Shown here piece after piece: positions 1 to 10,200 of a stretch of DNA of 20,000 bases. The notes beneath the pieces are model-generated. The model did no database searches and was not told the DNA's origin. It saw only the letters and a program-made list of their open reading frames with translations. The position numbers were made by a program, and so were the translations under genes. The DNA is taken from the IMG/VR virus record IMGVR_UViG_3300042879_002288. One strand, 5' to 3'. Within the stretch, counting starts at the first letter, position 1. Every line of letters begins with the position of its first letter. This DNA comes from an uncultured virus (IMG/VR IMGVR_UViG_3300042879_002288) (Duplodnaviria > Heunggongvirae > Uroviricota > Caudoviricetes > Crassvirales).

Positions 1-601
1 CATTTGGGAATGTCTCCTTGACAAGCTGAGGTATAAAGGCCTGATTAGCTTTATCCTCAAGGGCCTTGCGTCTTGCTGCTATTATCTCTTCTTGACGCTG
101 GTCAACCATCTGAGGGAGTTCCTCCATAGGAGCCTCCATGGCCTGCTGAATCTGAGACGACCTCCAATCATCCTCAGTAAACCCGTACTTGGAAGCAGCC
201 TCATCAGAAATCTCTCCCAAGTCCCTCCCAGACAACAGGTTAGACTTTACGAAGTTGTTCATTACCTGACCGTACGATGGGCCAGAAGGAGGTGTGTAGG
301 TGCCTCTAAACGGCCTTATGGCCGTGGCAGACTGTAACTCAGCGCCTCTTAGGGAAGAAAAACCTCCCGAAGAAGGAGCAGGCGCTGGCGAAGAGTCTTT
401 TTTTTTTGGCTCACCTCCGAAGTAAGCCTGGTAGAACGACTCAGACGACAGGTCTGTCATCTGATTTTGAACTAAATAACCGTATAGCTGATTGTACTTT
501 TCCTTGTCTGAGCCGTAGACATTATAAAATTCATCGGCACCCAAGTCTGTCATGCCGTTAGACTGCAAGTACTGATACAGTTGTTGATATTTTTCGTTCA
601 T
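1..601 (-). CDS. Putative large internal virion/ejection protein, N-terminal 200 aa (runs off left edge; not in ORF track)
   Basis: Hand-translated from ATG at 601: MNEKYQQLYQYLQSNGMTDLGADEFYNVYGSDKEKYNQLYGYLVQNQMTDLSSESFYQAYFGGEPKKKDSS...QLVKETFPN, open to position 1. Starts 19 nt after the previous stop. Function inferred from position. Confidence 0.75.
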   Translation of the reverse strand, partial: MNEKYQQLYQYLQSNGMTDLGADEFYNVYGSDKEKYNQLYGYLVQNQMTDLSSESFYQAYFGGEPKKKDSSPAPAPSSGGFSSLRGAELQSATAIRPFRGTYTPPSGPSYGQVMNNFVKSNLLSGRDLGEISDEAASKYGFTEDDWRSSQIQQAMEAPMEELPQMVDQRQEEIIAARRKALEDKANQAFIPQLVKETFPN

Positions 602-620
602 GTCGTTTATCCGTTAAATG

Positions 621-2084
621 TCATTTTCTTACTGCCCCTTGGGACGTAAAGAACATTTTTTGACCACCACCCCCTTCTTGACTTGTAGGGGTCTGGAAGC
701 CAGTAAGAGTCTGATATACTCTTCCGCTACTCCAGTCACTCAAAGCTAAGTTACCGCCGTACACAAGCTTTAGCAACCCCTCAATATCTCTTGCCGCATC
801 AGTATTGTAAGGGACAGTCACATCACCTATGTCAGTCCCGTCAGATGATGTAGCGTTCTTGATAATCATGCGGTCAGAAAGGAATGTGATGTTCTTTGGA
901 ACAACGGTGACCTTTCCTGCAAGCTGGTCTCTTATTTCTGAATTAACATACTGAGACAGGTTTATCCCTGCTGTTGCCGCCTTCTCTTCGGATATGTTGG
1001 GTAGTGAGTAGTTATATCCAGTTTGAGTTTTTGGTGCTCTGTTGAATATTCCTAATCCTCTTTGCTCTTTTTCCGGCTGGCTCAGTGGAATCTCAACCTG
1101 CTCTACTTGTGCGTTGACAAACGACAGGGCTGGTGGTTTTGTTGTGCCAGTTGAACGTGGAGCAGTCGCGCTTCTCGGAGCATACGTCTTTCTCATGTTC
1201 AAGAACGGGGCAAGAACTGCATCAGCGTACGACTCGGCATAAACTTCGTTGGGGTCTTTTCCTGGGGCATCGACCACCGAGGTACCCATGGTTTGCTCAT
1301 AGTACATCTTCGCCGAGGCCGAAAGAGCCTCGTCGTTAGACACAGACGCAATGATTTCTGGCTTGACTCTGGCTGCAAACGACTTACCAGTATCACTCTC
1401 ATTGACAGCCCTTGTTGCAAGCGGGCTGTATTGTGTAGACAGTTCAAGAGGGGCGATGTAGTTCCAGTCTATCTGAGGCAGGAACGGAGCTGGATTGGCA
1501 GCTATAGGGATGTCAAACAACGGCATTTGTCCGGTTGCTCCAAGACCGTTATACTCAACCATCACCGAACCATCCTCAGCAACAGTCCACCCATCTATCC
1601 CCATGTTCTGAGCCATGTCAGCCTTATGAGTATATGTGCTCAGGTCTTCAGTCACCTTCTTGGTCTTGTCTGGGTATAGTCCAGGAGCCTGCATGTACTT
1701 CATGGTCTCCTGAAGCACGGGCTTTACCGTCTCGTAGTGGTTGCTGAAGTACCCGTGCATATTAGAGACGTTGCCTATGTCTCTATAGAAGTCCTCAATG
1801 CTTGTGTACTGGCTGTTCTTGAGCTTGTCAGCTACCTGACCACGTACCTCATTGAAAATCTGTATGGGCTGGTCACCCCATCCGTTGGTCTTAAATCCGT
1901 ATAAGGATTCAAGTTGCTTCAGCCTAAACTCATTCTTTCTCTCTTGAGATTCAACTATTTGAGCTATGTTAGCTTTCTGCTGCTCCTGTATGAGGGCAAC
2001 TCTTTTTTGCAGGGCGTCTGCATAAGACTCCTGGGCGGCTACAGGAGCCACATAGCCATAGTACGGTGCTGCTTCTTCTGCCAT
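621..2084 (-). CDS. Putative internal virion (ejection/cargo) protein, 487 aa
   Basis: Long ORF starting 1 nt after the upstream stop; N-terminal coiled-coil-like Q/E/K-rich helix; lies in the ejection-protein slot downstream of the nozzle gene. Confidence 0.6.
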   Translation of the reverse strand: MAEEAAPYYGYVAPVAAQESYADALQKRVALIQEQQKANIAQIVESQERKNEFRLKQLESLYGFKTNGWGDQPIQIFNEVRGQVADKLKNSQYTSIEDFYRDIGNVSNMHGYFSNHYETVKPVLQETMKYMQAPGLYPDKTKKVTEDLSTYTHKADMAQNMGIDGWTVAEDGSVMVEYNGLGATGQMPLFDIPIAANPAPFLPQIDWNYIAPLELSTQYSPLATRAVNESDTGKSFAARVKPEIIASVSNDEALSASAKMYYEQTMGTSVVDAPGKDPNEVYAESYADAVLAPFLNMRKTYAPRSATAPRSTGTTKPPALSFVNAQVEQVEIPLSQPEKEQRGLGIFNRAPKTQTGYNYSLPNISEEKAATAGINLSQYVNSEIRDQLAGKVTVVPKNITFLSDRMIIKNATSSDGTDIGDVTVPYNTDAARDIEGLLKLVYGGNLALSDWSSGRVYQTLTGFQTPTSQEGGGGQKMFFTSQGAVRK

Positions 2085-2085
2085 A

Positions 2086-3192
2086 TTAGTCTTCTTCTTC
2101 GTCGTCCTCTTCGTCTTGGAACTGAGGCTGAGAGAACACGCCTCTTATTACGTCATAGAGCATCATGAGGTCCTGTCGAGAAATCTTCTTACCAGAGGAC
2201 TGCTTCTCCTTTATGCTCTCGTATGCGTCCTCTATGGCGTCAGCCTGGTCTGGGTTTATAATATATTCACCACCAGTCATCTCCCCAATCTTAGCCCCAT
2301 CCTTCATAATGTCTATGGGGTTTGTCTTGTGGCTAAATGGACCTGGAGTCTTACTTACGGAGCCTCCTGACTTATACATGACGTTATTAGACTGTAACCA
2401 TGCATTAAGAGAGGACTCTAAGGGTGAAGGTATCGACGATGGTGGTAAGGACGGAATTGGCTGCATGTTGGTTGGTGCAGCCCCACCTCCGCCTAACGCG
2501 CTCCCAAGCCCAAGTCCAGGTGCAGCCAGAGACATACCCACGTTAGCAACGCCTCCAAGTATATCTGCCCACGCTCCTCTCTTCTCGGCTTTAAGAGCCT
2601 CTATATTCTGAAGAGCCTGATTTCTTGCTGCCGTAGACTCTGCAAGCCCCATGAGGCCCATCCGCTGTCTAAGGCCTCTGTTGGCGTTCAGAGTCTGTTG
2701 TTCTATGTTGGCAAGGTTTGACTTAGCAGCAATCTCTCTCTTCATATCAGCCATTTGCTGCTGCTGCATCTGTTGAGCTTGATTACGTTGGATGTTACCA
2801 AGCATCCCTCCAAGTACTCTGGGGTCAGCTGATGCGGCCTGCAATGCTGTTGCTGAGGCTGACTGGATGCCTGAAGTGTCCGTGGGTCTAATCCCCATCA
2901 TGGCCAAGTCTCTCTGGGCCTGAGACACCTGCATGTCATACATCCCAGAGGCAAAGTCCTTCTTATACTTAGCTACATCATCTTTGGCCCTGTCCAAAAG
3001 GTCCTGCTGGTCTTTAGTCCTCTTCTTGTTTCCAATGAGGTCTATGACGCCGCCTACAATTCCAGCAGCACCACCTATAGCCCCGCCCCCTGGTATTTGG
3101 CCTGGGATAGGATTCCCTAATATATCTGTGCCCCCAGCAGTAGGAGAGTATCCAGATAGAAATGTATTCCAATCAAACTGACCGTTTGCCAT
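2086..3192 (-). CDS. Putative DNA ejection/pilot-like internal virion protein, 368 aa
   Basis: Two Gly/Ala-rich hydrophobic segments (GGGAIGGAAGIVGGVIDLIG; ILGGVANVGMSLAAPGLGLG) flank a Gln/Ala-rich helical region. C-terminal GG..GPFSH...GEMTGGEYIINP motif and acidic tail. First gene after the nozzle. Confidence 0.65.
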   Translation of the reverse strand: MANGQFDWNTFLSGYSPTAGGTDILGNPIPGQIPGGGAIGGAAGIVGGVIDLIGNKKRTKDQQDLLDRAKDDVAKYKKDFASGMYDMQVSQAQRDLAMMGIRPTDTSGIQSASATALQAASADPRVLGGMLGNIQRNQAQQMQQQQMADMKREIAAKSNLANIEQQTLNANRGLRQRMGLMGLAESTAARNQALQNIEALKAEKRGAWADILGGVANVGMSLAAPGLGLGSALGGGGAAPTNMQPIPSLPPSSIPSPLESSLNAWLQSNNVMYKSGGSVSKTPGPFSHKTNPIDIMKDGAKIGEMTGGEYIINPDQADAIEDAYESIKEKQSSGKKISRQDLMMLYDVIRGVFSQPQFQDEEDDEEED

Positions 3193-3196
3193 TTTA

Positions 3197-3204
3197 CAAA
3201 GGTA
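3197..3204 (-). promoter_or_regulatory. Bacteroidota-type -7 promoter element TACCTTTG
   Basis: Matches TAnnTTTG; sits in a 20-nt intergenic gap, 4 nt before ATG at 3192. No clear -33 element. Confidence 0.65.
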
Positions 3205-3212
3205 ATGTTTTG

Positions 3213-4214
3213 TTATGAACTTGCATCCAGCTTGGAGTGCGAGTATTCAGTATTTATAGCGTATAGTTCAAAAGGCTTTCCATCAGCCTTGGAATCCACA
3301 ACAATCATTGCATATTTCCCTCTAAGAGGGTCGCCATCCATTGCGGGGTCAGAAACCTGATAAAGAACACTTCCAGGAGTAAGACCTCTAAACACGTTTG
3401 AGCCTATCTCAAGCGCATTATTATATATCTGTTTAAAACCTAAAACAACATAAGTGCCAGGATATGCAGAGTTAATTTGGCTTCTTACTCCAGCAATATG
3501 ATAAACAGATTCATCATAACAACCAGCCACAGTAAATGGCTTTTCTACGGCTTGGCTTGATTCAATTTTTATATATTTTGGCTCTGAGTAAGACGGTGGA
3601 ACCGGCGGCTGGTTTATTGTTAATGTAGAAAAAGCCGCCTTGTATTTGGTTTCATCAGAAGAATACCTTGAATCGCCTATTATCTGTGCTGAAAAAGCTA
3701 TATACTTATATCCAGTTTTTATATTTTCTATAAATTTAAGTTGCTGTAATTGACTAGAAGTCAATGGTATATACCCTTGAATCCTGGCAACTATTTTAAA
3801 GTTTTTTGTCGTATTAACAAGAGATGGGCCAATGTCAGTATACAGGGCCTCTTCTCTTGCATCAAACGACTTTATGCTTGACGTCTGTCTTTTTGTAGTG
3901 GAAGAATCGCTTAAATCTAAGTTTGTGGAAACCACAGCATTAAAATTATTTTGATTGCTTTCTATTGACACAGCCTTGTAGACCTTCTCCATTGACGGGT
4001 CTTCGTTGGACACAACAGTAAGCCTACTTGGATATGTTTGCCCATAAAAATTATTTCTACTTTGATTTGTGTTGTGCAACCAACAGATGCTGTCAGAAGA
4101 GTCTACTTGATTGAAAGACAAAAAATAATTGTCTACAGAGCCATAGCAATGAGGCTCAAAACTGTATTTTGTCTTCCAAAAGTTTCCCGAAGTAGAAAAT
4201 GAAAACGTGGCCAT
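3213..4214 (-). CDS. C-terminal part of the tail nozzle/stabilization (muzzle-like) protein encoded as a separate ORF, 333 aa
   Basis: Motifs TFSFS..N.W.TKYSFEP, RNNFYG, K.YKAVSIES, GDPLRGKYA and ELYAINTE match my recollection of the C-terminus of this nozzle family. Same frame as the 2018-aa ORF, 3 nt after its stop. Confidence 0.7.
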   Translation of the reverse strand: MATFSFSTSGNFWKTKYSFEPHCYGSVDNYFLSFNQVDSSDSICWLHNTNQSRNNFYGQTYPSRLTVVSNEDPSMEKVYKAVSIESNQNNFNAVVSTNLDLSDSSTTKRQTSSIKSFDAREEALYTDIGPSLVNTTKNFKIVARIQGYIPLTSSQLQQLKFIENIKTGYKYIAFSAQIIGDSRYSSDETKYKAAFSTLTINQPPVPPSYSEPKYIKIESSQAVEKPFTVAGCYDESVYHIAGVRSQINSAYPGTYVVLGFKQIYNNALEIGSNVFRGLTPGSVLYQVSDPAMDGDPLRGKYAMIVVDSKADGKPFELYAINTEYSHSKLDASS

Positions 4215-4217
4215 ATT

Positions 4218-7200
4218 TTAAGAGTTTTGAGCAAGGAAGTCAAGAAACCCAGACACACTTGTAACGCCTGTAGCCCCAGCAGGAAGCTGACTGTCTTCCG
4301 AAAATCCAGTGGGACCAGAAGATAGCTCAGCCATTTTTGCCGCGTTATATGCTGACGGATTGTAGTTGAACACCTTTTCAGACGGGTCGTATTCAGGGTC
4401 TGGATTTGAATCACCGTACGACTGCAAAAAGTCAAGGAACTGGTCTGTCCCAACCTGGAAATAACCAGTGTTTTGAGACGGAGAAGAAGAGCTTGCCACA
4501 GATATTGTGGCATATATTTTCCTATCGAGCGTTGACCTATCGTCGTTTAGGTTCGTTAACGTTGGGGCGGTGGCAGATGCAACACGACCAGGCTCAAACC
4601 ACTTGTTCAATATGTTTGTTTCTTCACTCCACTCTGGTTGTCCTTGATACTCGAGCAGGCTTTTAATGACATACTGAAGTTGAGATTTAGTCATTTCGCT
4701 TACAGCAATAGAATGCAATAATCTATAAGCTGACTTTACTTTTTCAGAACCAGTTTGAGGTACGGCTGGGAGAGGAAGATTGTTTTTATCTACATATCCA
4801 GGGGAAACCTCTACTGGGCTGAATCTTGACACCGGGGTAAGCTCGGTGGTAGTAGAAGAGCCAGGTTGGTAGTTTGATAAGAAGTTGAGAAGGTCAGTTG
4901 AATTAGACACACCAGCAGGAACGTCTCCAACAAGCTGAGGAGCTGTTGGCGTTGGCGCGGCTGCTGAAGAAGGCTGCTGTGCTAAGAAAGAAAGAAGGTC
5001 GTTTACGCTTGACACTCCAGGTGGAACATCTCCAACAAGTTGGGGGCCCTGTCTCAAGGCAAGAACCTCTGGGTGTATACTTGGATGTATGGCATAGTCG
5101 TCTGGATTTATAAATGAGCCATAGGCAGACATAAAGCCAAGCAAGTCAGCTGAACCTACAGTTCCATCTCTGTTTATATCAAACTTGTTGTATAAGTAAT
5201 CGTTGGTTCCAGCGTATTCATTTAAAAGAGAAAGGCCTCTGTATGTCAACCCAAAAGCATTTATGTTTTTTACAAAATCATCCACAGCAACACCAGATGG
5301 CTCTCCATTGCAGTTGAATCCAAGTTCTGGATAAGAACACATAGAAGGCAGATAAAAAACATTTACAGCTGGCTCTACGTACTGACAAGATTCTGGGTCA
5401 TCACACCCAACTATAATCCCCATCAAATCAACTATATCCTGGCATATACCAGTGTCATATTCAACGCCATTTCTGTCAACATATACATATGTTTTAGTGC
5501 AGTTATTATTACAATCCCTGTATGGAGGCGGAAATACACATGAGCCGTCATTTGTGTTTGCAGATGGGTCGTAGTTGCATGCCGTGCTGGTGGTGCAACC
5601 GAAATATATACAGCCGCCAGGGTCAGTGCTATTAGGGTCGTAGTTATCAGCATCAGGGTCTTGACACCCTATAATCTCCTCCTCGTCGCATATCCCATCT
5701 CCATCAGAGTCATTTAAGCAGTTTCCGTTGCAGTCTTTGTAACTCAATGAATATGTACAGTTCCCGTCATTTATGACAGCCTCGGAGTCGTAACTGCATG
5801 ACGAGGGGTCCATACAACCATAAACATAGATTGGATAAACATCCGGAACCGCTGGAAGCCTGTCAAATAACTTTGTCGTGAACATGTACTCGTCATTGAC
5901 AGAGTCATACCCAGCAGGAACCTTGAATATCTTATTTTGAGCAGAGGCTGCTGCCGTTGCGTTAGCAAGTTCAGTCCTAATAGCAGTCTTCATGCCAACA
6001 GAGCTTATCTCCTCTGTAGACGAGCCCTGTATCATGAACACCTTACCAACAGACGTATTCACAAAATAAAGCGTTCCGTCCACGTCTACAATAGACTCAG
6101 GATGCATGTCACATCCTGCTTGACTCTGGAAATATCTCTCCTTGCCAAGAACGCTCGTGCTGGATGTTATAAGTTCACTTCCAGAAGCATCTTGTATTAT
6201 AGACCTATTGAGCGGTATTAAGGCGCTCTTATTCTCCTGTATGCTAAGTATGGAATCCCCTCTGTCAGCAAGATAACTTATAGAGCCATAGACCTCAGGA
6301 AGGTCCTTGAATCCAAGAAGAGACTGATTGAATGACGAGTACCTTATCCTTGGCGACGACTGCGCTGTTGGGTCAGAGTATATGATGCTGCTCTCATTGG
6401 TGGTCTCCTGAGCTTCTTTCAGTATAATGTTTGGACGACCAAGACCATACGAGTCACCCTTGTACATGTCGCTAAACGTCATGGACTCCACGTACCTGCT
6501 AAAGAACCTGGACTTGGAGTTGTTGCTACCATAGTTGTCCTCTGTATCTACTATGATGTCCTCAAACACAGAATCCTCTTCTTTCCTAAGGTTCAATGCT
6601 ATAGGCCTCCACCAGTAGTCGCCATTTGTTATGAGGTTTGACGCGGAAGCTAAAGTACCAGCAACTGGTATAAAGTCAGATATTTCGTAAAACACCCTTG
6701 AGCTGTCAGACACTTTTTTAGACGGAGTATATATCTCCATGAGGCAGTTGTTGCCCCATCTGTGGAGTTCGTTTTTGACAGCGTTATAGTCAAACCCAGA
6801 AGATGTTGGATTGTCCTTTAATACCAAAAAATGTCCCTTTTTGTAATATGGGACGTTGTTGTAATCCTCGTGAATTGGATTGCCATCATCGCCCAAGTCA
6901 ACAAGGTCTATAACTTCAAAATCGTATCCATATGGATAAACTGTGATTCCGTCAGAAGTTTCGTAAGAGATTATTCTAACCCTATCTCCTGGGGAAAACT
7001 TATATAAATCAAGACCGCCTTCTGAACTTCTTGCTCCAAAAGAACTCGAGTACGACACCGTGCTTCTTTGAAGATAGTTAAGAGACACATAGATGTTGTC
7101 AAACTCATCAGTGGTTGGGTTATGCCTAACATACGCTCCGCCAGAAGTGTACTGTATAAACCTGTCTACTGAGGTAGACCTTGAGTGAACTATTCTAAAA

Positions 7201-10200
7201 CTGTCGGCCCAAGATGGGTGTGAACTTGTTATCTGGATACTGACGTCTATCTTGCCCTTTTCGTTTCTTTCATCGTCAGAATAGCCTGGGGCATATTTTG
7301 TGCCTATGGGATTTACAAAGCCGTGCCTTCCTCTCCTGTCGTAGTAAACAACACCAAACTCGTGAAATGAGTTAGACTTAAATGTCCTAAAATCTGAAGG
7401 AGACCTTACGATGTAGTAGTCAATATATTTCTGAATAATCTCTATTTGTGCATGGGTGTGGACACTAACATCTGCTGGTATTGCCTTATATGGGCTTTGG
7501 TCAACTGCTGAGCCAGGGTTGTCCAGTCTACGAAGGGGGAGACATGATGAAGTTGTTTCAAAAAAAGAAAACGAAGGAACTTCCTGACTTGTCTGATTCC
7601 CTTGATAGTTAATCTCTATTTCATATATAACATCTTTTCCATTAAAGAAATAACCACCAAAGCCACCAAGAGGCGTAAATTTAACGAGCGAAAATATAGA
7701 GCCAGCGTTATTTATATTATACGCAGAATAATCACCATACCCAGGGCCACCGCCAATGCCTGCCTCGCCGTCAACTATGCAGACACCAACAAGGTCAGAG
7801 CTGTAGGTGTTTGACAGATAGTTATTGTACTTAAATTCCTTGACGTATGGGGCAGATGGGCTTTCGTAAATTAAGTAACCAAACTGCTTCTTAAAGTTTG
7901 TGTATCCAGTGTCGTCGTTTATTTCTATGTTTATTGAGCTATAAGTCTCAAGCTTGTAATAATCATTTAAGCTTGTAATTTCCTCGTTGGATATGTTGCT
8001 TATGAATTGATTTATTTTTTGAGCAGCAACATTGCTTCCGCCATAATCTGAGTTCATAAAAGACCTTGACAGCACAACCCACTCACCATCTTGAGCCGGT
8101 CTTCTTATGCAAGAAAAAAGCTCCATATCATAAAGCCTTTTTAGGCTCAACAACACCTCGTTTATTTGTCCATTTTGAGCGTTTTTAACTTTCTGGAACC
8201 CAAAATCAGCGCTGACTTTATTGGGAATCACATAGCCTATAGGACCGCCTTTGGGTATTGGGTTCGCAGAATTTCCAGAAGGAAACACTGGTGTTATAAA
8301 ATAAGCAAGGTTGCTTGATGGCTGTGGTGTTGGGTAAGAAAGATTTAATCTTGGCCCAAAGAACTTTATCCTGTCAAAATTTTGAAGTCCAAGACTTACC
8401 TCATGAGTGAATACTGAATCATTGGAAAGTACTTGAATACCCTGGCTTGGCTCAAGACCGCAAAGAACATTTGTTAATGAGTTACATATCAACTCTGCGG
8501 CATCACTTCCAAAAAGGCTCGGACCACTGTATAAAAACTCGACATAAAAAGAAAGCTGACCTCCTGGGATGATGAACGGTCTTGTAACATCACGACCTAA
8601 AACGGCGGTTTGTCCAGTTACATCAGCAGATGAGTTTATAGAAGACCATCTTGCGGCAATCAAAGACGAGTCGTCTTCAGGGGCATACGAGTCATTTTTT
8701 TCTGTGCTCGTTGGGTATCCCTGGCTAAGTGCTCCTTCCGCAATATATCTGTCTATAGTGTTATTATCCCTGGACGGAAGAGACCATCCGTTTTTATTGT
8801 ATATATGAAAATTTTTGTCTGGGGCTATCTTTAATCTAAACCTAACTACCGAGCTGTTCGGGAGAGAAAGGTCACTACTGTCTACATCAAAGATATAAGA
8901 CGCCCCACCGTTAAACGCTTTGTTCTTTTTCTGCTTTTGAGAATCATTAAGATTTCCTTCCCATTCGGCCTTGCCCCTTATGGAGGGGGTCACGTAGATT
9001 CTTACATCAGTCTCCTTAGGCACATCGTTATAAACCCAGTTTATGCTTGCCTCAACAGACACGTTGTCAAAACCCTCCGTGTAGTTACCATAGAAGAGTC
9101 TGTTGTTTGATATTGTCTGGGTGTATGCCTTTTTAGGAACGGCATCAAACTGCTTCTGCACAGTCTCAGCACTTACCGGGACAAGTATTCTGTCGTTGTA
9201 AAAAGAGTATGAGTAGTATCCGCTTTGTCCTGTAGCGGTTGACAGAGAGCTAACCATGACCTCTTCTATAAGCATAAAAGAAGACGTATCGTGCTCTCTA
9301 ACAAGTATCTTGATTGAAGCTACTTCTTTGTTTGCTGGAGGTATATAAAGCTCACACACGTTAACGAATGAGTAGTCAACGTATGGGGCCGCTCCTTGAG
9401 AAAGAAGCACCTGGGGAACAGCAAGGTCAGAGTAGGGAGATATTGATGACTCTATGCCATCGTTGTATACATACTGGTACGCAAATGTGAAGCAAGAGCC
9501 AGACGAAAAGTTAGAACCGTTGAATGCCGAGTCATACCCAAACTCAAACTTTATCTTCTTTAAGGGAGTTCTTGGGCAGGCAGAAATAAAATCGTCAACC
9601 TCTGGAAACGAGTAGTTCTCATATCCATAGGTATTAACTTGACCAACGGGGCTTTCTCCTTCGTAATACTGCTCAGTGTTATTTAGTAAGGCTCTATATA
9701 CGTTTATCTTTTTGGGTTCATTCTTTCCGTCCGTAAAGTACAGAATGGCATCGGCACTCATCTCATTCCAGTATCCATTGGACTCCATGTGAGACTTTAT
9801 GTTCTGGTGCTTTGCAAACTCAGAGCGCTTTGTGTGGACTACGTCTCCCTTCACAAACCCGTCTTGAGGGAACATAAACCTGCTTGAGGCCATGATAAGC
9901 CTTATGCTGTTAGGCTTCCCAGCGGGCTCTTCCTTGCTTTTAGGCAGTCTTCCTTGAGGGTCGTAAGCGAATATAGAGTTTATGTTGTTCTGGTTGGAGT
10001 AGACAAAGAAGTAAACAATCTTCGTCTTTTGGTCGGTTACGGTTCCTAAGATTCTATAGTTGTATATGTCTGGAAGAAGGTCAAAATCGTTGTATCCATC
10101 TACGGCAGTATTGCCAAGTACATTCTTAATCACGCCAACATCACCAGAACCCTCTTCACCAGATGACAACGAGTCTGTTATAGATACGTTCAATGCGTCA

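Noticed and set aside
4878..5045. DGR template/variable repeat pair or CRISPR-like repeat
   Set aside because: Both copies are coding, mismatches are not adenine-specific, there are only two copies, and no reverse transcriptase or cas gene is in the window.
4218..5870. Intein or self-splicing intron as the explanation of the nozzle insertion
   Set aside because: No intein splice-junction (HN-C/S/T) or LAGLIDADG/HNH motifs seen; the insert encodes repeat/adhesin-like protein in frame.
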